Source: a virus
Lineage: Duplodnaviria; Caudoviricetes
Length of the DNA stretch: 64,000 bases
Direction: 5' to 3' (one strand)
Virus record (IMG/VR): IMGVR_UViG_2639763197_000004
Span: 1 to 64,000 of that record
In this document: positions 36,497 through 44,616 of the stretch, piece by piece
Numbering within the stretch: the first letter of the stretch is position 1
How the letters are laid out: every line of letters starts with the position of its first letter
Made by a program: the position numbers and the translations under genes
Notes under the pieces: model-generated
The model's database searches: none
Seen by the model: the letters and a program-made list of their open reading frames with translations, nothing else
What the model was told of the DNA's origin: nothing

Positions 36497-37549
36497 CTAA
36501 CCCACAGAAGGCTGCGCAACCGCACCGATGCGCCTGTAAACGCGCTTGGTGATCTCCTGCTCCGAGTGCCCGAGAAGGAGGCTGGCGTCTGCGATATCTG
36601 TAATTTCGGATGCCGCCTTCGGTCGGATATCCTTGAACTGAAACTGTTGGATCTTCTCCGCGTCATCAACTCGTCCCTCACTGGCGGCCAAAGAGCGAGC
36701 AGCTTCTCGGGCGTCGTCCCACCGGTTACGCAGCATTTGTTGAGACACGCGCATCCCCGTTCTGCTGAGGATGAAGTGCTGCGAGTTGTGCTGGCTGTTC
36801 CTGGCAATGATGTCCTCAATGAGTAGGCCGAGGGTGTTCTTCACACCGCCTGCCTGCATTTGAATCCTGAGACGCTTGCCTGTTTTTCCCTGCTGCACGG
36901 TTAGGTAATCCCCCTCGATATCCCCCCGCCTCATTGCGATTACGTCTGCCGGGCGCTGGCCGGTCAGATAGGCCAAGTCCATCGCGTCCCTAAGCTCTTG
37001 TGGAGCCTTGCCATACACAGCGGTCCAAACCATTTCATTGGCGTAGTAGTCGCGGACCTTCTCTTTATTCTTCCGGACACCGGCGCAAGGGTTTTCCCGA
37101 TCCGTAAAGCCCCATTCTCGGGCCATGTTGTAGACGTGGGAGAGCAGGGCGATCTCTCTGTTTGCCCTAGTCTTCGCCGTTCTGGCGTCCCGGTACTGCG
37201 CAACCATGGAAGGGGTGATTGCATCGATGGGCGCCCCCTCGAACCCTTTGCGTAGGTGCTTGAGCTCTGCCTTGTTGTCTTTCTGCGTCCGCGGCGCTTT
37301 CTTCGGGATGATGTCCCGCTCGTACCTGTCAAAAATTCCCTTCATGATCTTCAGGTCTGCCGGCTTTGCCTTGGACTCAAGTTCGGCCCACTTGAGCCTG
37401 GCTTTGTCCAAATCTCCACCGAGAGACAATTCCTTTCCATTTGCATCTCGGTAGTAATAGCCGACCCACGCTGTACCGTTCTTGCGTGGGCGCTTGCGCC
37501 GAACCATCCCGGGGGGCAAGTCCCTATTCTCTGTCTTGCGGGGGCGCAT
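36497..37549 (-). CDS. int: Tyrosine integrase of the lambdoid prophage; last two codons supplied by the Mu-like end
   Basis: TGQR, KTG, KDIR, LLGH, VY catalytic motifs. Confidence 0.93.
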   Translation of the reverse strand: MRPRKTENRDLPPGMVRRKRPRKNGTAWVGYYYRDANGKELSLGGDLDKARLKWAELESKAKPADLKIMKGIFDRYERDIIPKKAPRTQKDNKAELKHLRKGFEGAPIDAITPSMVAQYRDARTAKTRANREIALLSHVYNMAREWGFTDRENPCAGVRKNKEKVRDYYANEMVWTAVYGKAPQELRDAMDLAYLTGQRPADVIAMRRGDIEGDYLTVQQGKTGKRLRIQMQAGGVKNTLGLLIEDIIARNSQHNSQHFILSRTGMRVSQQMLRNRWDDAREAARSLAASEGRVDDAEKIQQFQFKDIRPKAASEITDIADASLLLGHSEQEITKRVYRRIGAVAQPSVG

Positions 37550-37550
37550 A

Positions 37551-37793
37551 TCAGTTCACTCTTGAAAAGTCTGGCGTCCAAGCCGGTCGTGCCGGAGGCG
37601 GATTGTTCTCGACTATGCTGGGGCTGACCATGCCCAGCTTCATGCGCGCGAACATGCGGCCCACCAGGGGGCGACCACCACGGCTTTCGACGTAGACCCA
37701 GTTGCGGTCTTTGAGCCACTTTCGTTGGTGGGCTCGGTGTTTGTAACCGGTCAGGTCGGCGAGCTCGTCGTCCGACAGGATCTCTGCCTCCAT
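37551..37793 (-). CDS. Excisionase-like protein (DUF4224)
   Basis: LS.DELADLTGY...Q..WL; directly upstream of int. Confidence 0.8.
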   Translation of the reverse strand: MEAEILSDDELADLTGYKHRAHQRKWLKDRNWVYVESRGGRPLVGRMFARMKLGMVSPSIVENNPPPARPAWTPDFSRVN

Positions 37794-37795
37794 TA

Positions 37796-38017
37796 CTACC
37801 TCCCGCCGCCCGCTGTAGGCCGCGCTGTCTTGATGATGTGGATGATGAAACCGAAGGTGAGCAGCATCCAGGCGACGGTGCCGGCGAATGCTGCGATCAG
37901 GGGTTGTTCGGTACCGGTGGAGAGCAGCTCCGGCACCTGCCAGAAAAACCAGAAGGTGGACCCCGCCACGTACAACACGATGGCTGTCAAGAGCAGGGTG
38001 AGTTTCGTTGCGTACAT
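37796..38017 (-). CDS. Small two-TM membrane protein
   Basis: 73 aa, two hydrophobic segments, AAGGA SD. Confidence 0.65.
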   Translation of the reverse strand: MYATKLTLLLTAIVLYVAGSTFWFFWQVPELLSTGTEQPLIAAFAGTVAWMLLTFGFIIHIIKTARPTAGGGR

Positions 38018-38053
38018 GGGGTGTCCTTGCCGCGCTGGGCGGCAGAAGGTGGG

Positions 38054-38671
38054 TTACTGAGGTTTTGATTTCATCAGGTCGGAAATCTCATCCGCTTCCT
38101 TTTCGACCTGCCAGCGCTTCACCTCGGTCCAGTCGGCCGGGGCCTCCCATAGCAGAGCATCCAGGTCACGGTCGAAACCGGTCTTGGCCGCCTTGATCGC
38201 CTTGTACTGCTCCAGTTCATCCGGATCGACATCCTTCCAAGGGACGCTGACAAACCAGATGTTGCGCGGAGCCCCGTAGCCCCACAGGGTTGGTGCGTAC
38301 CATTTTCCTGCATCGGTGAGCATCGGCAGCCCTGGCTCCAAGTCGACCAGGCGCAGCGCGTGCTCGATGGGTGCCGGGGTTGGCAGCGATTTGATGTTGG
38401 CCCAGATTGCTTTGCCCGCTGGCGTGTTCTTGCGAGGCACCCACAGGCGCGTCTTCTTGTCGTGGCGGTAGATGTCCTGATCGGGCGTAGTTGCGAAGGT
38501 GAAGCCAGCAAAGGTGCCGGCGCGGTCGTAATTTTTCGAACCGGTGGCGCCGTGCTTCACAGCCAGCTCATCGTAGAGCTTGCCGGCGGCAATACGCAGC
38601 TCGAACAGGCGATCGATCTCGTCAACCATCGGGCCTTGGGTGATTCGGAAGTAGCGCTGATATACGCTCAT
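38054..38671 (-). CDS. Hypothetical phage protein
   Basis: ATG 38671 with GGAG SD. Confidence 0.65.
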   Translation of the reverse strand: MSVYQRYFRITQGPMVDEIDRLFELRIAAGKLYDELAVKHGATGSKNYDRAGTFAGFTFATTPDQDIYRHDKKTRLWVPRKNTPAGKAIWANIKSLPTPAPIEHALRLVDLEPGLPMLTDAGKWYAPTLWGYGAPRNIWFVSVPWKDVDPDELEQYKAIKAAKTGFDRDLDALLWEAPADWTEVKRWQVEKEADEISDLMKSKPQ

Positions 38672-38720
38672 GGCATAGCTCCGCCCGCCGCTCACCGGCA
38701 GGCATGTAGGGGGATTGGGG

Positions 38721-39785
38721 TTAGGCTGCTGGGTGTTGCGCTGTATCGCGGAAAACATCCATCTGCGCCGCGCCGTCGAGCCATGCCGCTGCGATCCGGT
38801 GTTCAGCCATTGCGGCGTATTCCGGGTTTAGTTCGCACAGGATCGATTTGCGACCTTCCTGCATGGCGACCACCGCCGTAGTGCCGGCACCGCCGAAAGG
38901 GTCAAGCACGACGCCGCCGAGTGGCGCGCCGGCCAGAATGCAGGGTCGGATCAGGTCCGGAGGGAAGGTCGCGAAGTGCGCACCCTTGAAACCTTGCGTC
39001 GGCACTGTCCACACACTGCGCTTGTTACGAGTATCCAATGAATAGGCGCTTTCCTCTCGATCTGGCCGGTGTGTTCCCAGTGATTGCCCAGGGATAGCTT
39101 GCTCTCGCTTTGAATCATCGCGCTTGAAACTATCGCGCTTGCTACGAACGGCTTTCATTGGCCCGTTTGACTTTCCGGGCACTCGGTCGCTGCCCTGCTG
39201 TTGCTCGATATCCTGCGCCAGTCGCTTGATCGAGCTGTGCGCTACAGGCTCCTTGATCGCATCCTGGTCATAGTAATAGCGCGGTGACTTGCTCAACAGG
39301 AACAGGTATTCATGCGACTTTGTGCACCGGTCTCTGGTGGATTCAGGCATGGGGTTCGGCTTGTGCCAAATGATGTCCTGGCGCAGGTACCAACCATCAT
39401 CTTGAAGGGCGAAGGCGAGGCGCCAGGGGATGCCCATGAGGTCTTTCGGCTTGATGCCAGTCGGATCTCGAGGGCGGACGCTCATTGTGCGAGCCTCCAG
39501 CTTTTCATCTACGCCGCGAGTGGTCCTGCCCCCGTTGGCGTAGCTATCGCCCATGTTCACCCAGATTGTTCCGTCATTGCGCAGCACCCGACGTACCTCG
39601 CGAAACACTTCAACGAGGCGCCCGACGAATTCAGCAGGTGTCTCCTCCAAGCCGATCTGGTCGGCCATACCGTAGTCACGCAGCCCGTAGTAGGGCGGAG
39701 ACGTGACGCAGGTGTTCACCGACTGGTCCTTCAGCGTCCGCATCGACTCAATGCAGTCGCCGATCAAAACGCGATGTTGTTTCAT
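38721..39785 (-). CDS. Orphan N4-C/N6-A DNA methyltransferase (beta class)
   Basis: TSPPY motif IV precedes VLDPFGGAGTT motif I; HFATFP. Confidence 0.93.
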   Translation of the reverse strand: MKQHRVLIGDCIESMRTLKDQSVNTCVTSPPYYGLRDYGMADQIGLEETPAEFVGRLVEVFREVRRVLRNDGTIWVNMGDSYANGGRTTRGVDEKLEARTMSVRPRDPTGIKPKDLMGIPWRLAFALQDDGWYLRQDIIWHKPNPMPESTRDRCTKSHEYLFLLSKSPRYYYDQDAIKEPVAHSSIKRLAQDIEQQQGSDRVPGKSNGPMKAVRSKRDSFKRDDSKREQAIPGQSLGTHRPDREESAYSLDTRNKRSVWTVPTQGFKGAHFATFPPDLIRPCILAGAPLGGVVLDPFGGAGTTAVVAMQEGRKSILCELNPEYAAMAEHRIAAAWLDGAAQMDVFRDTAQHPAA

Positions 39786-39894
39786 GGGCGAGTTAGTCCT
39801 TGCCGCTATAGCGGCTGACTTTGAAGGGGGAGGGGTTACATCAAATCAGTTGTGCCAGTGCCAGCAGGCACCAGCAGTAGGCGGGGAGTTGGAT

Positions 39895-40209
39895 TCAGTA
39901 CGGCACGCATTCTTTGCAGTTCGCCGTCCAACCCCTGGAGCCGCAGCCATTGCAGACGTGTTCATCCTTGGCTGGCTCTGCTGGCTTGAGCGTATCCAGG
40001 ATGTCGCGCAGGTAGCCGGTTGCGATTGATGGCTGCCTTCCTGCGCATTCAATCAACCGAGTGACAAACGTTATCGCTGAATCCGCTCGCTCATCCTCTG
40101 CGGTCAGCAGGGCTTGCAGGGCGTCACGCTCGGCGGTTACCCGGGTCAGTGCTTCGGCGTAAATGCGTCCTGCGTCTGGATGCCCAGTGCTAATCGTTAT
40201 CTCACTCAT
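39895..40209 (-). CDS. Hypothetical protein with C-terminal Cys4 ribbon
   Basis: GGAGG SD; CNGC...CKEC. Confidence 0.6.
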   Translation of the reverse strand: MSEITISTGHPDAGRIYAEALTRVTAERDALQALLTAEDERADSAITFVTRLIECAGRQPSIATGYLRDILDTLKPAEPAKDEHVCNGCGSRGWTANCKECVPY

Positions 40210-40233
40210 GACCCACCTCCAAATAATCAGAAA

Positions 40234-40359
40234 TCACAACCGACGGCCTCTGTAGGCAACCGGCATAAACACAAAATTGCCTCGTTTGTCTTTGATGACG
40301 GTCACCTTGTCACTGGTCAGACGCTTCATCAGATCTTCGAAACTGTATTGGCGGACCAT
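40234..40359 (-). CDS. Small 41-aa ORF absent from the track (MVRQYSFEDLMKRL...)
   Basis: Open frame with upstream AAGG, filling the gap after the RT. Confidence 0.4.
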   Translation of the reverse strand: MVRQYSFEDLMKRLTSDKVTVIKDKRGNFVFMPVAYRGRRL

Positions 40360-40404
40360 AGGAGTAGCCTTGCCGGGCCATGCCCTGGCGGTGGAGTTGG
40401 TGGG

Positions 40405-41496
40405 TTACTTCTTCAGGAATGTCTTGGTCAGCGCCGCATTGACGCTGTTGCCGCGCTTCAACACGACGCGAGCCAGTGCTGCCCTGTCTTTCTCGCTGTG
40501 GCTGGCCTGGCTGAGCAGGCCGAAGTAGCTGTTTGCGGTCTCGCGCAGATCCTCGGCGGGCGCCGCGGCTGTTCGCTTCAGCGCCTGGGCCAGGGATCGT
40601 TTGCGGGTGGTTCGCCGCCAGGGCTTGATGACGTGACCAACGAAGTCGACGCCCCGATCCACGGGTTGCAGAATCGTCTTAGTGGGGTTCAGCTTAGCGC
40701 CGAGCCTTGGCAGGAACGCTTCGACCTCGGCCAACCACTGGTTGAGTTGCTGCGGGGACTCATGCAGAAACACGAAGTCATCGACGTACCGGATGTAGTG
40801 CTTGGCGCGCAGCGTGTGCTTGGCGAACTGGTCCAGGGCGTCGAGGTAGACGTTCGCGAAGAACTGCGACGACAGGTTGCCGATCGGCAGGCCGAGGTGA
40901 GCGGGCTGCGCAACCAGGCGCTTGTGCTGCGGCACCCGGTTGAACAGGTGCGCCGGGCTGCGGATCTCGTAATCCTCACGCGGGTCGTGCATGAGGATCT
41001 GCGTGGCTAGGGCCAGCCACCAGGGTTCGGTGATCTTGGCCTCCAGTTGCTTGCGCAGCACGGCCTTGTCGATGGCGACGAAGAAGTTTGCCAGGTCGCA
41101 CTTCAGGTAGAAGATCGGTTTCGACCAGTTCTGCGAGGCGCTGCGGATCTTCGACTCAAGCCGTGTGGCGGCGTACAGCGTGCCGCGCCCTGGAATGCAT
41201 GCGCAACTGTCCGCTATGAATCTGGCGTAGAAGCGCGGTGCCACATGGTTGTACATGAGGTGGTGGACGACGCGGTCCCGAAAGGCTGCTGCCCAGACTT
41301 CCCGGGCTTTCGGTCGGGTGACCACGAAACAGATAGATCGGCCTGGCCGGTATGTGCCGGCAATCAGGTCGTCGTGCAGTTGGATCAGGTTCCGCTCCAG
41401 GTCGATCTCGAAAGCCAGCGCGCTGTCGCTGTTGCGCTTGGTGCGCCGGCAGTCGTAATAGGCCTGCACCAGATCCTGAAACGGGTAGGGGCCCAA
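40405..41496 (-). CDS. DGR reverse transcriptase
   Basis: KAREV..FRDRVVH, D..NFF, GLPIGNLSSQ, YIRYVDD, GVDFVG; start uncertain (TTG 41496 assumed). Confidence 0.95.
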   Translation of the reverse strand: MGPYPFQDLVQAYYDCRRTKRNSDSALAFEIDLERNLIQLHDDLIAGTYRPGRSICFVVTRPKAREVWAAAFRDRVVHHLMYNHVAPRFYARFIADSCACIPGRGTLYAATRLESKIRSASQNWSKPIFYLKCDLANFFVAIDKAVLRKQLEAKITEPWWLALATQILMHDPREDYEIRSPAHLFNRVPQHKRLVAQPAHLGLPIGNLSSQFFANVYLDALDQFAKHTLRAKHYIRYVDDFVFLHESPQQLNQWLAEVEAFLPRLGAKLNPTKTILQPVDRGVDFVGHVIKPWRRTTRKRSLAQALKRTAAAPAEDLRETANSYFGLLSQASHSEKDRAALARVVLKRGNSVNAALTKTFLKK

Positions 41497-41500
41497 AGTC

Positions 41501-41605
41501 GAATCTGCGGACGGGGCGGACACGGAGCTCGTTGTTCTTGTCGTTGTTGTTCTGATTGCCATCATCGAAGTTCATGTTGAATGCGTTGTTGGCTGAGCGC
41601 TGCGA
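41501..41605 (-). repeat. DGR template repeat (TR)
   Basis: AAC-rich 105 bp; differs from both VRs only at its adenines. Confidence 0.96.
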
Positions 41606-41776
41606 CCTATCGTGCTATCTACGTCGCCAGGCCGAAGGCAAAGCCGATCAGCAAGGAAACTGCGCAAGACCTGCCCGGTCGCTTTAGACCGGCGGTATCT
41701 CTTGTGCGCATGGCGGTGACCCAAGGGTCAGCGGCACGACCAGATTCAATTCGCACAGACCAGAAAGCCGTAACCT

Positions 41777-42133
41777 TCAGGTAGCGGGCGCGGTTGGGGT
41801 GGAGCGTTTCCAGGCGTTTGCTTGCTTGCCTATTGAGGCCGTTACCTCAATTGCCTGGGCGTGTTGCGGAATGCTGATGAAGCGGTTGTCTTTGAAGAGT
41901 CGCATCAGGAACTCGACCACTTGCACCTTCTCGACCAGCAAGGTGAGGTGTGGCCGCTTGTCCTGGGTTGCGTTGGCCCGGGCAATTAGCATCAGCACTT
42001 CGATGCATTCGTCGATCACTCGCTTGCCGAGTGACTGCTTCAGGTCGCGGGGGATGTTCCGGGTCATCGTTGTGGCCATATGCAGCAGGCCCATCGAAGC
42101 CTTGTAGATCGCAAGTTCCGTATGCATTGCCAT
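41777..42133 (-). CDS. avd: DGR accessory variability determinant (Avd-like four-helix bundle)
   Basis: 118-aa basic helical protein, 'PRDLK.SLG' and 'IGKQ.NAW'; between targets and TR. Confidence 0.88.
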   Translation of the reverse strand: MAMHTELAIYKASMGLLHMATTMTRNIPRDLKQSLGKRVIDECIEVLMLIARANATQDKRPHLTLLVEKVQVVEFLMRLFKDNRFISIPQHAQAIEVTASIGKQANAWKRSTPTAPAT

Positions 42134-42155
42134 GTGGCTCGCTCTCCAAGAGCAA

Positions 42156-42173
42156 CCGGCCGCAAGCGGCCGG
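42156..42173. other. GC hairpin downstream of VR2; probable DGR target-recognition element
   Basis: CCGGCCGC-AA-GCGGCCGG. Confidence 0.65.
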
Positions 42174-42187
42174 ATTAAATAAGCGAA

Positions 42188-42808
42188 TTAATCAATAAGC
42201 TCGCTGCGGACGGGGCGGACACGGAGCTCGTCGTACTTGCCGAGGCTGAGCTGAGTGCCACCACCGAAGGTCATGTAGAAAGCGTAGTAGGCTGAGCGCT
42301 GCGAACTCGACCAGTACCAGGTGTCGCGGAACGCTTCAGCACCGCCTTCCTGGAACACGGCGTGGAGGGTCTGCGCCGGGTCTTCTTCGCTGTACAGCAG
42401 GCCTACAGGCTCGCTGTTTGGGTTGTCGCCATTGCGCGAGCTCGCCCAGTTCTCTTCGGTGGTCGGCTTGAAGTGGCGGTACTGCAGCTCCTGCACATCG
42501 CGCGCCGGGATCGCCCAGTCGTTGTAACCGCCAATGCTCAGGGCCAGCACCTTCGCTGCAATCTCGCTGCCCGCCGCCGCCATGGCCTGGGTGTTGGCCA
42601 AGCTGTCGGTGAAGCTGTCGGCACCTTCGATCTTGACGCCGTACTCGCCCCACTTGCCGACCAGTTCATGCGCCGCCCCGGAGCTGATGTGCAGGGAGCG
42701 CTTGCCGGTGGATGGGTCGCGGGTAATGCCGGTGACGAAGCCGCCGCCGTAGGCCTGGCCGATTGCCGGGATGGTTGCTGCTGGCGCTGCTTTCTCAACT
42801 GCGGACAT
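42188..42808 (-). CDS. DGR target 2, Lcl/DUF1566-like CLec-fold protein
   Basis: DWAIPA..., WYWSSSQ, C-terminal VRPVR; VR at the 3' end; start at ATG 42808. Confidence 0.9.
   Translation of the reverse strand: MSAVEKAAPAATIPAIGQAYGGGFVTGITRDPSTGKRSLHISSGAAHELVGKWGEYGVKIEGADSFTDSLANTQAMAAAGSEIAAKVLALSIGGYNDWAIPARDVQELQYRHFKPTTEENWASSRNGDNPNSEPVGLLYSEEDPAQTLHAVFQEGGAEAFRDTWYWSSSQRSAYYAFYMTFGGGTQLSLGKYDELRVRPVRSELID
42204..42304 (-). repeat. DGR variable repeat VR2
   Basis: 101 bp, 16 mismatches to TR, all at TR adenines. Confidence 0.95.
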
Positions 42809-42887
42809 GGTGCTTCCTCTTTTCGAAGGCAACAAAAAAGGCGCTGTGCGCCCTGGTGTGCCGGATCAAGAACGAATGGATGAAGGA

Positions 42888-43499
42888 TTAAATAAAGAAT
42901 CTGCGGACGGGGCGGACACGGAGCTCGTCGAGCTTGACGTCGTAGCCCTGATGGCCATCAACGAAGTCCACGTAGAATGCGAAGTTGGCTGAGCGCTGCG
43001 AGGATGACCAGTAGTAGCAGTCTTGGGCGAATACCTCGGGGCAGTTCAGCCACCCCTGGTACAGCTCGGCAGCGGCCGGCAGGTAGAAGTCATGATGACC
43101 ATCGGCCTGGTACTCGGCGCACGCATCGGCGGCGGGATACTTGCGCTCGTCGTCGTTACCAATCAGCACCTGGGTGTTGGTGTAGCCGTCGGTTTTGCTG
43201 AGCCCCTTTACCTCAACTCCACGGCCACCCCATTCAAGGCTGCCCACATCTTTTTCGGCGAAGATCAGGTAATGCGCTGGGACGTCACCGCGAGCTTGAA
43301 CGAATCCGCCATTGATACCGCCCTGGCCTGGCCAAGTCTGGCCGATCTCAGGAGCGGCTGACGCCACTGCCGGCTGAACATTCGCGGCCGGTGGCAGAGC
43401 ATGCACAAACAAGCTAGCCGCGAGCAGCTGAATCATACGTTCGGCAGTGCCTTTGATTTTGAGGCCGTCAGCCTCGATAGAAATTGTCTTGGCTTTCAT
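42888..43499 (-). CDS. DGR target 1, Lcl/DUF1566-like CLec-fold protein
   Basis: DFYLPA..EL, YYWSSSQ, VRPVRR; paralog of target 2. Confidence 0.9.
   Translation of the reverse strand: MKAKTISIEADGLKIKGTAERMIQLLAASLFVHALPPAANVQPAVASAAPEIGQTWPGQGGINGGFVQARGDVPAHYLIFAEKDVGSLEWGGRGVEVKGLSKTDGYTNTQVLIGNDDERKYPAADACAEYQADGHHDFYLPAAAELYQGWLNCPEVFAQDCYYWSSSQRSANFAFYVDFVDGHQGYDVKLDELRVRPVRRFFI
42897..43001 (-). repeat. DGR variable repeat VR1
   Basis: 105 bp, 15 mismatches to TR, all at TR adenines. Confidence 0.95.
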
Positions 43500-43557
43500 C
43501 GGTGTTCCTCGGGTAAGCGCCGCCCTCCGCGTTACCGGATGCAGCGAGTAGGGTGGG

Positions 43558-43869
43558 TTATTCGTCGTGGTAGATGCGAAGGGCTTCGCGGTTGTAGGCG
43601 AGCTGCAGTTTTGCCGACACGTTTTCGGGTATCACGTATTCGTGTCGCGGCGGTGCGAGAAACTGAGCTGATCCCGCTTGGCCCAGGCCGTGCAGGTGGT
43701 GAATCATCAGCGTCATGGCCTCGCCCTGTTCCTTGATGCTGTGCCAGGCCATCAGGTCAGCCAAGGCCTGGCGGGTTCCGGACATGGTGTGGAGTCGCAA
43801 TTCTTCCTCGCCGCGAGTCTTTCGCCTCGCCGCAGTCTTTGCCGATCGGTCTTTCTGCGCGGCAGCCAT
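43558..43869 (-). CDS. Hypothetical phage protein
   Basis: GAGG SD; 103 aa. Confidence 0.65.
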   Translation of the reverse strand: MAAAQKDRSAKTAARRKTRGEEELRLHTMSGTRQALADLMAWHSIKEQGEAMTLMIHHLHGLGQAGSAQFLAPPRHEYVIPENVSAKLQLAYNREALRIYHDE

Positions 43870-43953
43870 GGCCTACCTCTTCTATTCCGCTGGCCGGCAG
43901 TGCGAGCCAGGTTTGACGTTTGCGTTGCTGGATGCGGGTTATGGGGCGCATGG

Positions 43954-44616
43954 TCAGGCTCCCAGGCGGTGGGCTTGCGCCCGTGCCTTGTCTGCGACCT
44001 CGTCGACCATGCGATTGAGTTCCAGGTTGAACTGGACCAGCTCCTTGTGCAGGTTTGCGATGTAGTCCTCGTCGCGGTAAATCGTCTCGATATAGAGCTG
44101 ACACTCCTCATCCTGACGGGAATCGAACGAAATGAAGTCCCACCACTTGCGACCTGTAACGAACATGCATCCCTGAATCTGCGGGATGTGTTCTTCGGGC
44201 ATGCCTTCGAGCCAGGTCCTGATGTGAATTGCTTCGTTGAAAGGGCACTTTGATTCAGTACCGCCGTCATCGTTGATCAGGCCGTCGGGAGAGCAGCCAA
44301 GCCAGTCGTACTTGGGGTGGACGATGAACTCGGAGGGGAGGACGATGTTGCCGGTCAGCATCTCGTAGGCGTCCTGGGCCTTTTGCTCTTCAGCGTGCCC
44401 CCATTTCAGGGAGGCGCTGCTGACGTTGTGTTTGGACTTCTTTGCCAGCCGCTCGAAGCACAGTTCGCGCATATAGGAGGTGCGCGCGCCCATCGGCTCG
44501 CGCTTCCCATGTTTGTCAGGCTTTCCCCAGGCCAACGCGTCTTTAAAGCGGCTGGCTGTCACGCGACCAGATCGGTCTGCATGCCACTTGTCCGTGCCCT
44601 GAAGCTCAGTTCTCAC
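43954..44616 (-). CDS. YqaJ/lambda-exonuclease family protein
   Basis: W...R.G.VTAS, WG...E, SPDGL, ESKCP, QIQG. Confidence 0.92.
   Translation of the reverse strand: MRTELQGTDKWHADRSGRVTASRFKDALAWGKPDKHGKREPMGARTSYMRELCFERLAKKSKHNVSSASLKWGHAEEQKAQDAYEMLTGNIVLPSEFIVHPKYDWLGCSPDGLINDDGGTESKCPFNEAIHIRTWLEGMPEEHIPQIQGCMFVTGRKWWDFISFDSRQDEECQLYIETIYRDEDYIANLHKELVQFNLELNRMVDEVADKARAQAHRLGA

Larger units (their letters stand above)
2141..36506 (-). mobile_element. Complete Mu-like transposable prophage with contractile tail, 34,366 bp
   Basis: Ends TGT.../...ACA flanked by GAAGG at 2136-2140 and 36507-36511; TTTGGCAC at nt 18-25 from both ends; repressor-ner-A-B-mor-lysis-head-tail gene order. 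Confidence 0.97.

Noticed and set aside
36497-37549. Integrase as part of the Mu-like phage or as a pseudogene
   Set aside because: It lies outside the duplication-defined end except for the last codons, and all catalytic motifs are retained
38721-39785. Methyltransferase as part of a restriction-modification system
   Set aside because: No adjacent endonuclease; orphan MTases are common in this prophage region
40405-41496. RT as a retron, group II intron or Abi RT
   Set aside because: The GNLSSQ motif, Avd and A-specific TR/VR pairs identify a DGR; no maturase domain or msr-msd is evident
41497-41565. Thr/Ser-rich N-terminal extension of the RT (MMAIRTTTTRTT...)
   Set aside because: It is the AAC-rich TR read in another frame; probably not protein, although the true RT start is uncertain
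41156-41575. 139-aa ORF starting MNFDDGNQNNNDKNNELRVRPVRR as a third DGR target
   Set aside because: It is the TR in the VR frame running out of frame over the RT, and it lacks the N-terminal body of the targets
41501-43001. Three ~100-bp repeats as a CRISPR array
   Set aside because: Too long, separated by genes, no cas genes; explained by TR/VR
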